Below are positions 26,600 through 39,130 of a DNA stretch of 64,000 nt, one piece after another. Origin of the DNA: Camelus ferus (taxonomy: Eukaryota); the NCBI RefSeq assembly GCF_009834535.1, contig NC_045697.1, forward strand, positions 67,954,001 through 68,018,000, in the 5' to 3' direction. Both the position numbers and the translations under genes were made by a program. Position 1 is the stretch's first letter. Every line of letters begins with the position of its first letter. The notes below the pieces were generated by a model. It searched no databases. It had not been told where the DNA came from and saw only the letters and a list, made by a program, of their open reading frames with translations.

Positions 26600-27090
26600 C
26601 TACCACTCTGGTGATGAATCTGGGTGGGACAGTGACTAACAGAGAGCAACAGAAATAACACTACACGAATTCCAAGGCTAGGTCAGAGGAAGCCTTGATG
26701 CTTCCATCTTGGCATCTTGGAGTGCTTAATCTCAAGAAGTTCTCTCTAGAGAATGCTTCCTTGCAGAACTCAGTCTAGAGAATGCTTCCTTGCAGAACCC
26801 AACCACCACACTGTGAGTCACACAAAAAGGCCATATATAGGTGCTTCCACTGACAGAGCCATCCAACCCAGGCTTTGTCATCCCATCCCAGATGCCAGCC
26901 ATGTGATTGAAGAAATCCTTGGATAACTCTAGACTCTAGCCTTTTGAATCAATCTCAGATGTTGAGTCTTCCCAAGTGACGGCTCAGTTGCAGAGAAGCA
27001 CAGTCAAGTCATATTTGCAATGTCCTATACTAATTCTTTACTTTGAGAATCCATGAGTATAATAAATGGTTGCTGTTTTAAACACTAAGT
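26600..27090 (+). mobile_element. MLT1G/H-like MaLR LTR
   Basis: ttccaaggctaggtcagaggaagcc...ccagatgccagccatgtgattgaag...gaatccatgagtataataaatggttgctgttttaaacactaagt. Confidence 0.7.
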
Positions 27091-27355
27091 TGTATTACAG
27101 TTGTCCAGAGAAACAGAAACAATAGATAAATTATAGGACAAGATATATTATAAAGAATTGTGTCATACAATTATGGAAGATGTGAGCCAGCTGTGTTATT
27201 TGGTCAGAGTCCAAAGACCTAAAAATCAGGTTAAGTCAATGGTATAGGTACCAGTTCAGGGCTGAAGGCCTGAGAACCAGGAGCGCAAAAGGGCAAGAAG
27301 AGATCAATGTCCCAGCTTAAGCAATCAAGCAGGAAGGGCTTAATCCTTCCTGTCT
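27091..27355 (-). mobile_element. MLT2B/D-like LTR fragment
   Basis: tgtattacagttgtccagagaaacagaaacaatag...gaaggcctgagaaccaggagc...gatcaatgtcccagctta. Confidence 0.75.
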
Positions 27356-28494
27356 CAAATACAATTCAATTTTTTTCTTTTCTTTTTTTGTTTTTCAAAA
27401 TAAAAACCAACTAAATGTTTTATAATCTTATCTTTTAAATTACATTGACTCTATTGGTTAAGAGAATTCTATATATAAAGTTTTATTGGTACCTATAACC
27501 AAATTATAATACAATATTGACATATTTTTTCATAATTAAACTTTCCTAAAAGCTTCTGTATACTTTAAGGAACTGACAGTACATACTTGTTATATTGATT
27601 AAATTGCCAAAATAAGTGTTTGTGTTTTTAATCTTTACTATTTTTGTTCATACTTTAAGTATTCCTTTGATACATTAATAATCTGCAATAAAACTAGTTA
27701 AATAACAAGTCATTTGACTTCATGTTCCAAAAATGTGGCTGACTAGATAAATTGCAGACTTTCCAAACACTAACATTTAAGAAAAGTATTTATGACAAGT
27801 TCACATATTCAATCCTAAGACTGAAACTGACAAAAAAAAAAAAAAAAAAATCACCAGGTGTAGGAAATGCAGAAGGAATTGAAAACAAAGGAAAGGGCTC
27901 CTTATGGCAAAAAGTGGGTGTGGGAGTGGAGGGTGGAGAAGTAGAGGTGGTTACCACATTAATCCATTATCTTTGTTGCATGGGGTCAGGAGGAAAGGCC
28001 TTAACCTATGAAATGCTAGGAATGGAACTGAGAAGCCTAAATATAAAACAGAAATTTAAAGAGCTATTAAGCTGCTAAATGTATAAACTGAGAAGATAAT
28101 CTGTCCACTGGTGCAAATAAGTGAAAAAAGAAACTCATCTCTCATAGGATCCAAGTGGAAGAAGGAATACCTGTGAGAATTTGTAACCATGCCCTGTACC
28201 TTACCAGCTTTCTGTCTGAAGTGCCCAGAAGTTCCAAACCTTCCAAACTGAAAAATTGGCCCTGCACTACTGATGACCCTGGAATGCTTTGTAAAATCAA
28301 ACATAAAATTGATCAATTCACAGGGTAACTACTGATAAATCCCACTGAAGAAGACCTTCACAAAGGAAATTAATGAGGAAAACCAACACCAGGAGTGAGA
28401 GCCGGAGAGACAGTAATCCTCAAACACTTGCATAATAAAAAATCATTTAAATAATACAAAAGAAGTATACTGAAAACATGAAAGACATATAATA

Positions 28495-28787
28495 GTAAAC
28501 AATCTTATGGTTACCAGGGAAAGGGGGTGAGAAGTAAAAAATAATAAATTTGGGAATTTGAGATTTACAAATGTTAGACACTATATATAAAAATAGATTT
28601 TAAAAAAAATTTCTGCTGTATAGCACAGGGAACTATGTTCAATATCTTGTAATAACCTTTAATGAAAAACTATGAAAACAAATATATGTATGTATATTCA
28701 TGACTGGGACATTGTGCTGTACACCAGAAACTGGCACACTGTAACCGATGGCACTTCAATTAAAAATTAATAATAATAAATAAATAA
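28495..28787 (+). mobile_element. Young cetartiodactyl (camelid-type) L1 3' end
   Basis: gtaaacaatcttatggttaccaggg...gagatttacaaatgtt...ctgtatagcacagggaactatgttcaatatcttgtaataacctttaatg...catgactgggacattgtgctgtacaccagaaa...A-rich tail. Confidence 0.8.
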
Positions 28788-28940
28788 GCAATAAGGATAT
28801 ATTGTACAGAACAGGGAAACATAGCCATTATTTTGCAATAACTTTCAGTGGAGTATAATCTATAAAAATACTGAATCACTATGTTGTACATCTGAAACTA
28901 ACATAATATTATATATCAATTATGTTTTAATTTAAAAAAT
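28788..28940 (+). mobile_element. Second cetartiodactyl L1 3' end of a different subfamily
   Basis: gcaataaggatatattgtacagaacagggaaacatagccattatttt...aatactgaatcactatgttgtacatctgaaactaac...tttaaaaaa. Confidence 0.8.
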
Positions 28941-29059
28941 ACATATCTTCTAAATACTAAAAAAAGACATATAATAATGACTCTATATCATTATAAGATA
29001 AAACAATAGAATATGAAAAACATATCAGCTATATTTACAAACTACCAAAACTACTTTTA

Positions 29060-29260
29060 ACACCTTTATTGTGGTATAAGTACTGTACAGTAAGTGTACA
29101 CATATTTCAGATGTACAATTTGATGAATTTTGATAGGTGTATACACCTATGAAACCACCACCACAATCAAGATAGCTAACATTTCCATCACTCCCCAAGA
29201 GGTGCAAATTTCAAACTCCTGATTTACTCCTTCCCACGCCCTTTACACCCTAGTAACCAT
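29060..29260 (-). mobile_element. L1MB/L1MC 3' end (antisense)
   Basis: ctttattgtggtataa...tgtacaatttgatgaattttga...aaccaccaccacaatcaagata...aacatttccatcactcc. Confidence 0.8.
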
Positions 29261-32200
29261 AATATAAACTACCCAAACTCTTAGAAGTGAAGAATATCAT
29301 CACTGAAATAAAACATGCACAACAAACTAGTTAAATTAATAGGAAAATAAATAAACTGCAAGGCAAAACTGAAGAAGTCACCTGAAATGTGACTTTATTA
29401 AGAGTTCAAAATTATGACAGAGAAATTAAGAAACATGGTGAATAAAGTGAGAAACTTAAAAATAAAAATGCTTATAGGAATTCCACAAGTTGATAACCAT
29501 TAGGAGTTGACGGGAGGTCATATTTGAAGAAATATTGGCTGAAAAATGTCCAGAATTCTTGAAAGACTTGCAGCTTTGAGTCTTCCCATAGTTTAGGACT
29601 TGGGGATGGTGGGGGATGTATTCAGAAAAGAGATATACTCAAAGTCACATGGAGAAGAAAGGTGACCCAAAATTCTTGGCTTTTGTATGCTGGTGTAAAA
29701 ATAGTGAGAAAAGGCATAAAGAAACTAGTCATGATGGTCCAGAGGCAGATAGTGGTGTACATACAGGATACAGTGGACTGCATTGGACAGGAAGACTTCC
29801 AGGGCTCCTGCTGGACTTCCACTGACAGAAGGTTTTGGCTGGACAGAGGCTAGTTGCCCTGAGCTTTCTGACTTCTAAAGTGGAGGACTGGAGGTTGGCA
29901 AAGCGTGCTCTTACCCAGATCAGATGGTGACCAGGACTCCTTGTTTACCTTTGGTGATAGGAACAGCTGGAAAAATTTATAAAAACCTGTGATGATTAAG
30001 AAAGTGTGGCATTGGCATAGAATTAGAAAAATAGAAAAATTAATAAAAGAAGGATTAAAAACAGACAAATGTAAGCATGATAGCATTATATATGATAGAG
30101 CAGTGCAAATCAGTGAGGAAAGACTGCATGGGCTAAATATTCATAAAGAAAAATCATTAAGATCTCTATGCCACATGGTATGCCAAAATAAATTCCAGAT
30201 GAATTAAAGACATAAATGTGAAGAAAAGAAAATGTTTGAAAAGAAAGCATAAGAAAATCACAGGATTCATAGGATTTTACCCATTATTTAAAACACACAA
30301 ATTCATTATGGATCAAAAAGAAAAATAAACTCTAAGAAGACTATAAAATCAACTTGTGATATGTTGCTTCACTACATTTAAGGAAGCTAGCAAAATGTAT
30401 TTGTGATTAAGTAATCATGATTATTTTCAAAACAACCCCGTTCAAAAAATATATATATATCTTTATTATATCAGTGTAGGGAAATATTTCTTAAGCAAGG
30501 CTAATAGGACAAAAAACCTAGAAATTTGAAAAAGAACCCTTACTAATCAATAAGAAAGGAAAGATGAAGCATTAGAAAAATGGCAAAAATATAAATATAT
30601 ATACATATATATAAACAGATTGAGTCCTACCAGAAATGGGGGAAATACAAATTAGAATATTTGTATACCATTTCATAGCCATCACATTGACCAAAATTAA
30701 TGTCTGAAAGCACTTGGTGTTTTTGTTGACAATATGAAGAAATGGGACCTTTTACAGCTTTGCTGATAAGAGTTAAATTGCTATAAACAATTTTGAAATG
30801 AATTTGGTAATATCAAGAAAAGTTGATTATGCCCATATCCTTTGACCCAGAAAATGTATTTTCCTGTGAATAAGGAGACAAAAAAAAAATGCTAATTATT
30901 GCAGTATCATTTTAAATAGGAAATTATGAACATAACATTCTTGGTTAAAAAAATGTTTAAAATGATTTATTAATATAATGTAAAACTACAAAGTAGCGCA
31001 AATAAATGAATGATATAAATATCACTGTGAAGATTTTATAATTATAAAGTCAAGTGAGTAAGAATATATACAATAAGAAACTATATAATGTAAAATATAC
31101 AATTTAAATTGTTAATATTACAATGATAAATAAATATATAGTGTAAGTTCTAATATATAAGTGTAAATGGAATATGTCAAGCTGGGGCATCTCCTTACCT
31201 CCGGGAAAGGAAAAGTTTAGAGAAATGGCAAGGGAGGTTTAATTACATCTGTATCATTTTAGCTCTCTTTTTAATTAGATTTTTTGGAGCAAAAATGTTA
31301 ACATTTATTTAATTTCAATGGTGGATACTTGTGTGCCTATTTTCTTATTGTTGCTCATTTTAATATATATGATATTCTTCATTATTTTAAATAAAATGAC
31401 TTCTTAGAGGCAAAATATTAAAACATTTGTTTAGGAGCAAAACTGCAATTCAAGAATAATTTGGGATTGTGGCTGTACTATGGTATAAATTAAGGCACAT
31501 ATTAACATAAAAGTAGTAATTTTCCTAGGCAAGGATCAGTAATGTTTAAACCTAGGGCTACATAGATGTTGCTGGAATCCTTAAATAGCTTGATGACAGG
31601 GAGGTGATACATGAGGTAATTTCTACTTTGTATACAGAAGCACACAGGCAAACACAGCATCTTACTCCAGGACAAGGATTATTTTCCAGAATGATACAAT
31701 ATCTGGTAGAAACTGTTGCATTGGCAAGCAGCGCCCAAGTAATTGTAATATACACATAAGATTAGAGTGGCTGATGTGTTCAAGAGGTTTTAGTGAGTAA
31801 CTGTTTTTCTTCCAGAACAACTCCATAATGTGAATACATCTGTGGACCCTGTTGGGTGAAGTTCACAGCATAAAGCTTATTTCTGCAATGACTGGGCTGC
31901 CAACATGCAGCTGGATTCTCTCCAGCGTTCTCTGGAAGTAGTAAAGGATATGTAAAGGAAGGCTATGCAAAGCGATTAAAGTCCCCTCTCTTCTTCAGTG
32001 TCATAGCTAGCAGAAAACACGTCCACTCTCCTGCCCCATTCTGACTCTGCCTGTTATTTTTATCTGGTCAGAATCCAGGACTACTTCTCCGTGACCGTGC
32101 TCTCAAAGCAGTTCAGCTCTCCCCTCTCTCCTGAGCTCCATACTGCCTCATGTGGAGAACAATGAGATGGGTTGTCTGCTCTTCTCCTTAGTATATGTTA

Positions 32201-33504
32201 GGTGAGTCAGTGCCTGCTCTGAGGACGAGCCATGTTGTCTCTTTTCCTCACAGGCAGGTATGACTTGTTGGTGCCAAGATTTAGAATCAAGGAGGAAGTA
32301 TAAAACTGCACTAGAGTTCAAGTTGAAGCCACGCAATCCAGTTTAGCTTGTGCCAACGAGCATAAAGTATACTTTGATTCCTATTCAGCTATGCACAGCG
32401 CTCCCGTAGGGACCCCTCAGGAGAAGAAGAACAATTAACAGGGAATATTTTATACACCTGGCAGAAAAATATTATAACACCATTAAAATATTGCCATTAT
32501 ACTCTGCAGACCCCATATGAGTAAACTCCTAGTCCATATGCAGGAAAATGTGAGTACTACAGATTTTAATCTAGGCACCAAAAATCTTCAAATGAAAATT
32601 CCCCAGAGAAGAAAGTCTCTAGAAAAGCTTATATATTAACAACACATTTACATACACTGAGTTATCTTTACTAATTGGCAAAACAGTGTTCTTTGTTTTG
32701 TACATTTTTTATTAATTATTTTTATTTCCCCCCAGGAAGCCCAACTAACTGGAGTAGGAATTATTTTCAAATAGGATTATTTATTGTTTGTACAGTTATG
32801 CTACTTTTTAACTAGACTAACATGATCTGCTAATTAAATTCCCTTGGAAAACAAGGGCTACGTTATTAGGAGATATATTTCCACAAATGATTTTACCATC
32901 TCTACCATTTAGTAAAATATTAAGAAGTTCTTCAAAACTCATTAGCAGTGGGAAGAATTAGGCTTTCTATACATGCAAATACTTTGGAGAATTTATGAAA
33001 TGATAAACAGATTGATGTTTGTTTCTTTGCTTCCCATGTAACAAATCCCAAACCACTGAATATGTAAAGAGTCATTTTCTCATAGACATAAAGAGTTGTG
33101 TAAACATTTTCTGTCTGATCCTAAAAGCAGAAGGGATGGCATGTTAACTATGACAGGATAGAGCAGGCTGGGAGGCTCAGATTGTGAGATCTGCCTCAGG
33201 GGTGGGTCACACACAGGTCATAGCAGGTATCAGGAAGAAGTCTAGCCACACAGACAAAGCTGATACATCGTAGATAGTAACGCAATTCCACAGGGAGTTT
33301 TGCCTCAAAGAGCTCCAACACGGGACACGGTATTTTTCAAATAGGCAAGTAGAGAATAGCAATAAGGAATCCAAAACAAATGCTATTTAACAGATCAGAC
33401 CAGAAATCAGGAACTCAACATCAGGGAAGTCTTTGGCGGTGGAGGAAAGGGAACTAATCCATATAGGGTATGCCAGGCACCAGAGTGGAAAGTTACTCAC
33501 ACTG

Positions 33505-33630
33505 ATACATTTAATCCTCAATAAATCTCAAATAGTTTTCATACTATGAAAAAGAAAACTGTGGACCAGACAGGTTAATTATAGCTGGTACCTGGTATTC
33601 AAACCTTGTCTGACTCCAAATCCTTAACGC
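33505..33630 (-). mobile_element. MIR SINE
   Basis: catttaatcctcaa...aaaactgtggaccagacaggttaa...ggtattcaaaccttgtctgactccaaa. Confidence 0.55.
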
Positions 33631-33997
33631 GTTGAAAATGAAAAGCGTGCTATATTTAATTAGCATATAAATCTAAAATCACCCCCACCCTGGGCAGCTT
33701 GGAATGAATAAATACGAATTTTTTCAAATAACAGGAGTCTTAAAATGTTCAAGGGTCTCACTATTATTGTGTCCTTATTAATTTTTATGTTTTATAACTA
33801 CAGAGGAGATACTAAACATTTGCCATAAGGCCATGGAGGGAAATGAGGCATTTCAACGTATCTAGGTGGTATCTGAAGCCTACAGAATGCTTTTTGGCAT
33901 TCAGAAAGACTCTGTTCCTACGTGATTAAGGTCCTAGTTAAAATTGTTGATAGATACTACTGAGGAAAAATTAGTGGGTTCTTTTGGTAGAGTGGAG

Positions 33998-34138
33998 ATA
34001 GTGCTATAGTTTAACCAAAACTCTTAATATTTCCACCTTCCTGTATAGATGGAAAGCCATGTATATAGTGCTATAGTTTAACCAAAACTCTTTTAATATT
34101 TCCACCTTCCTGTATAGATGGAAAGCCATGCATATAGT
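33998..34138. repeat. 67-bp tandem duplication
   Basis: Copies at 33998-34064 and 34065-34133 differ by a 2-T indel and one substitution; ATAGT recurs at 34134-34138. Confidence 0.95.
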
Positions 34139-35999
34139 ATGTAGATTTTACCAAATTTATATGATCATAGAAATATCTGTTTGTGCTGAATCAGCCTGAG
34201 AAATTAGTTCTTCTGGGAATCTATTTTAGTAAGCAATGCTCTTTTGGGAGTAGTGGGGTGAAGGGGACATTGGTGGAGGAAGCTTTGTCTGGGGCAAAAT
34301 CTGGCAAGAAAATTATAGAACTAGAATCCTGAAATAACTAGGTTCCTAACTAATCAGCCAAGCAGTCTCTAAGAAAAGACACATTGCTGAGTTTTGAGAA
34401 CAGAAATAAATAGGTCTGAATCAGACAAGGAGGAAGGGTGCTTTAAAGTTGAGTTCCTGAGTAATATGATAAAGCCGTCTGAATCCCTTCTCAGTAAAAA
34501 TGGGGCTGTTTTATATATTCTGGCCAGATGATGGGTAAACAAGAGTGTGTGTAAATGTGTACAAGGGATGCAAAATGGATACTGATCTGAGGAGAAGAAA
34601 ACAGAATATCAAAACCAGCTGAGAATGGAGAACAATTCAGGGTAAAAATATCCCCTTTGATCTTAAGCTTATATTCTGGATTAAAATACTATGAGACAGC
34701 TAAATTGCATAAAATGATAGTTTGATTGATTAGGCTGGTAGACTGGATCCTTTAAAAGCATAAAACACATCTGCTATGTAGGTGAAAATAGTCTTGTGAG
34801 AAAAATGTACACCAATAAATAAAACAATTAATCTGCTAATTTTGTGTGTTCCTTTGAGTACCAACATTTGGAAACATTTGGTAATTTTCTGTTAAGAAGT
34901 ACACACAAATTCAGTCTCTAGATAATCCTCAAGCAGATCATGGAAAAACAGATCATGTGGGATAAAATAAGAAGTCTCTAGGTAAAGTCAAGGCTTTTGT
35001 TTCACTTTTTAGTTCCCAATTCCAGTAACTCTGTGACATTATTCTTATCTCTTATGAATACGGCAAGGTTATTCTCCTCACTTGCACATTCACTAAAGCA
35101 ATAAATCAGTGACTAATTGTACTTCACATTCTCCATGTTAAGTGTGGTTTGTGATGATTTACATTATTTAGAACTATAAAAATGAAATGAAACCACTGCC
35201 ATCAATGATTACAGTAAAGGGCACAGAAGGAAATTGTAGCATTTTCAAGAAAAGGGTAACTTCTGCTTAGAGGCATTATCACTGCTTGGTGACTCTACTG
35301 TTCCTAACCTGTCACCCGTTAGAGTCAGAGCAATTACTGCAATCCTCTGTGGAACCAATATTTTGCTATGTTTTATCATCTCAATATAGATACATTAAAA
35401 ATGGTGCCGTGTCATCATCATTGTCATGACAAAAGATAAGCCTTCAGGTAAAACTTAGCATTATCCTACAAGGTAAATTTTTTATAACATTTTCAGTTTG
35501 AAATTTGTCATTTGTACTTTGCAAGGTCACCACAAGTTTCTGAGAGACAGCTTATATTTTTAAAAATTAGAAAAGAGTGGCTCGTTTCCTTTCCACCAAG
35601 CAATATGTTGCAAACTATTTTGATTGAATTGATAAAAAACATGATTATTTGCAAGTAAGATGATTTGTTTTCCATATGTATACACCCACCATCACAGTAA
35701 ATGGAGTCATTCCTATTTTATACCTCTAACCTTTATATTGCTTTAGATAAAAAAATAAAGTCATATCTCACAAACTTTATTTCTATAGTTTAACAATCTA
35801 TAAACTGCTACTGAAGGAAGAAAAGATAATAAAAACGGGTAGTTAAGAAGAAATACTTAAATAATATAGACTTTCAAAGAATTCATATATTTAATCTTTA
35901 ATTAATAGAAAGCACAAGATATTGAGGAATATTATCTGGGCTTGAAGGGTGAAAGGTAATCTTGTAACTTTGCATCAAATAATAAAAACAACAGACACA

Positions 36000-36054
36000 A
36001 AAATGCTATAGGGTTGAAAATGCTATAGGGTTGAAAAAATGCTATAGAGGTTGA
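36000..36054. repeat. 17-bp tandem repeat (aaaatgctatagggttg) x3
   Basis: Read directly; the third copy is imperfect. Confidence 0.9.
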
Positions 36055-36439
36055 ACTCTCTCCAACCTAGGTGCCCGTCATGGAGCTGTTTGTCTGAAGG
36101 ACTGATGAAAATCTGGGAAAAATCTCACTCTAAGGGAAGACATCTTCATGATGTGTTTGTTTCACAGGTATTGTGTCAGCATCAGAGAGGAGTATTTGAG
36201 CGATCAATGCCTCTATCTTTAAATTGTCTTAACCCTTCTGCTCTTCCTTTTAAGATCATCTCTAAATTTAGAGAAGGCCTACAATAAATACTAAGTCAAA
36301 CACGAGACACAGTGAGCACAGAACTGCCTTGAGTATATATAAGGAGAGTAGCACAAAGAGGAGGAGGAAGGGTGCAGCCTGGTTTGTCCTTGGGGAGTCT
36401 ATCGGACCACAGTGGAGCAAGAACCAGACCCAGTGGCCT

Positions 36440-36560
36440 ACACAAGAAATAGACCATTACCAGCACCCCAGAATCTCCTCAAGCCCCCTCCAGTCACCAT
36501 TCACCTCTAACCCTCAGTGGTAACCATTATTCTGACTTCTTGCATATGGATCTATATGAC
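36440..36560 (-). mobile_element. L1MC/ME 3' fragment (antisense)
   Basis: caagaaatagaccattaccagcaccccagaa...ggtaaccattattctgacttct. Confidence 0.6.
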
Positions 36561-37289
36561 CCACCTTTAGTTTTACGTTAATAATGCCATATCCAGACCA
36601 TTTAAGAGAGACAAGCCATCTCTTAAAGGAGAAGCTAAGAACTGTCTCTTGTCTTGCCTTTCTATTTCCCATTTCAGAATAGATAACTGAATTTTCACCT
36701 TTCAAGACTGATTTAAAGTCTGAAAAAAAAAATCTGGACATCTGACAGCAAATCAGACTAAGCAATTATGAGAAATCCTTAGTAATTTATGTTTAGAATT
36801 ACCTCTGCATGAGTAATCTGTAGGTTCAAGGGAGACTGATTGAACAAAAAAAGACATGTAAATAGAACAATGGATAAATGTAGGGAAAAAGGAGAGAAAT
36901 GGATATATGAAGAATGAAAAAGATTTTAGTCTTATATGTTTAATATATTAGTTTTTCTTTTTTTATTTAATGAATATCAAATAACTTTAAATAGCCAAAC
37001 ATTTTAACATTCATTTGGGATTTAAAACATCATATTCTGTTAAAATTTTTTTTCTAATTTTATTTTACAACTTCTTAGTTGAATCTTCAGCCTTTACATT
37101 ACCTGGCTAAGAAAACTTCACATAACTTTAAAAACAAGGAATAAAACCCACTAGCTTCAAGACAAACACAATATAAAATCTACAAGGGGAATACCTTTTC
37201 CATAAATTATAAGTCTTTAAAGAAAATATTTTAGAAGTATACTGTGAAAAGACTTTACAGTTTCATTATAAAGGAACAACCAAAATGCC

Positions 37290-39130
37290 AGGAGTCATCA
37301 GATTAGAATTACCTCATCTTCCCACCAACAAACCTAATAACCTACTCATACACGTTTCCATAAAATCTGCCTTTCCCCCATCACAATATATTGTACAACA
37401 AATTCTGTCCCATTTTGCTGTTGAAATTATTCTCTCTCATTTGTATCACTGAATTTTCCCATGCTACTGAACTATTTTCCTTTAGTCAACTGACACATCT
37501 TGCAAGATTTCTCAAACTAAAGTGGTACCAAAGCAACAAATGGTAATTGTACACCATTGACCATCCCTCCCTTGAATCACTCTCTTCCCTTGACTCTTAG
37601 GAAACCATATCCTACAGGTTTTCTTTCTGAATGAATGACTGTTCCTTTTAAATATCCTTTTCTGATTGCTCATTTTTTTTTCTGCCTTTAGATTTTTAGA
37701 GTGTTCCCTGATTGAGTCCTCAGAAGTCTTCAGTCTCCACACTCGCTTGCTAGGTGTTCTTATCTCATCCCTTAACTTTAAATACCACCTCTGTGCTGAA
37801 GCATTCTAAATGTCTATCTGATGCATTTCAAATGTGTGCCTCCAGCCCTAAGCTTTCTTCTGAGTATCAGACTCATATATCTAACTATCTAATAGACATT
37901 TCCCATATAGCTGTACAGAACAGAAATCTTGTTTTCCCTCCTATAGCCACACTCACCTTTGACCAGTCATGTTCTTACTCTTCAGTAATGTAAATTTCAT
38001 TCATCTAGTTATTCCAGCCAATGCTTAGAAATTATCCCAAACCCCTCTCTTCCAAAATGACTATCTGTTATGGGTTGAACTGTGTCTCCCCCTCCTATCT
38101 AAAATATTCATATGTTAACGCCCTAAACCCCAGTAACTCAGAATATGGCCATATTTGGTGATAGGGTCTGTACAGAGGTAATTAAGGTAAAATGACATCA
38201 TTAGAATGAGTCTTAATCAAATACGGCTGATGTCCTTACACAAAGAAGGAATTTGGACACAGATACAGAAAAAAAGGTGATGAGAAGGCATGGGAAGAAA
38301 ACTGGTATCTACAAGCTAAAGAAAGAAGCCTGGATTGAACCTTTTCTCATAGTCCTCAGAAGGAACCTACCTTGACTCATATTTCTAGCCTCCAGAAATC
38401 TGAGGAAAATAAACTTTTATTGTTTGAGCCAGCTAGTCTGTTGCTAGGACAACCCGGTTGCAGTAATACAACATCCATCCCACCAACCTGTTTTATCAGC
38501 TCTACCTTCAACGTCTATCACAACTCTGACCATATTCAGCACTTAGCTCATCCCCTGACTCACCACCTCTCCTCTTGAGGTCAATGAGAACCTGCTGACT
38601 AGTCTATGTATTTCCACTCTTGACCCCAAAATCAATGGATAGAATCATATTTTAACAATACAAATCTTGTATTTCTTTGCTGTTCAAACCATCCACTGGC
38701 TTCCTATCAATAAATTCAAATGTAATTCCTCAGCCTACAAAGTCTTAAAGGATCTAGCTTCTGCTCAACTTTTTGATCCCATCTCCTACCACCTCAGGCT
38801 TCGCTCTCACTTGCCTTCTTGCTGATGAATATATTCATCTTTTTCCCACTCCAGGATATTGACAAATGCTCTTCCCTCTCCTTTTCCCATGATTTTCACA
38901 TATGTTCTCTCTTAGTCCATTCCTGTCTAGATGAAGTGACACCTGCTCAGAGAGTCATTCCCTGACCACCTACAATATGTACTCTCCAGCTATTTACCTG
39001 TTATTATATTATAATCCACTTGTTTGCATTTTCCTGTATTTCTCACCCATTAGAAGGTAAGCTCTTTGAGGGCAAAGGCTTTGTTTGTATCATAGTACCA
39101 CCAGAATCTAGAATAACGTCTGGTGATATC
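37290..39130 (+). mobile_element. L2 LINE (ORF2 3' part and 3' end), interrupted by MLT1B
   Basis: Pyrimidine-rich L2 ORF2-like sequence (tccagccctaagctttcttctgagtatcagactcatatatctaacta); L2 tail tagaaggtaagctctttgagggcaaagg. Confidence 0.7.
38066..38470 (+). mobile_element. MLT1B MaLR solo LTR
   Basis: TGttatgggttgaactgtgtctcccc...cagaggtaattaaggtaaaatga...ttctagcctccagaa...aataaac...taataCA. Confidence 0.88.

Larger units (their letters stand above)
27850..31390 (+). mobile_element. Highly decayed L1ME-like element (5'/ORF1, late ORF2, 3' UTR) with nested insertions
   Basis: ORF1-like at 29270-29650; the ORF at 29989 (IKKVWHWHR) matches L1 ORF2 'IKTVWYWH'; aaaataaattccagatgaattaaagacataaatgtg; L1ME3-like 3' UTR to ~31390. 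The 5' boundary is uncertain. Confidence 0.6.

Noticed and set aside
29895..29930. Walker-A-like SPSDLGKSTL on the minus strand
   Set aside because: Lacks the first Gly of GxxxxGKS and has no supporting ATPase context; mentioned only within the unexplained-insert finding.
33998..34138. CRISPR-like or other spacer array among the direct repeats (also 36000 and 57053)
   Set aside because: Repeats are head-to-tail without unique spacers, have only 2-3 copies, lack cas genes and lie in mammalian DNA.
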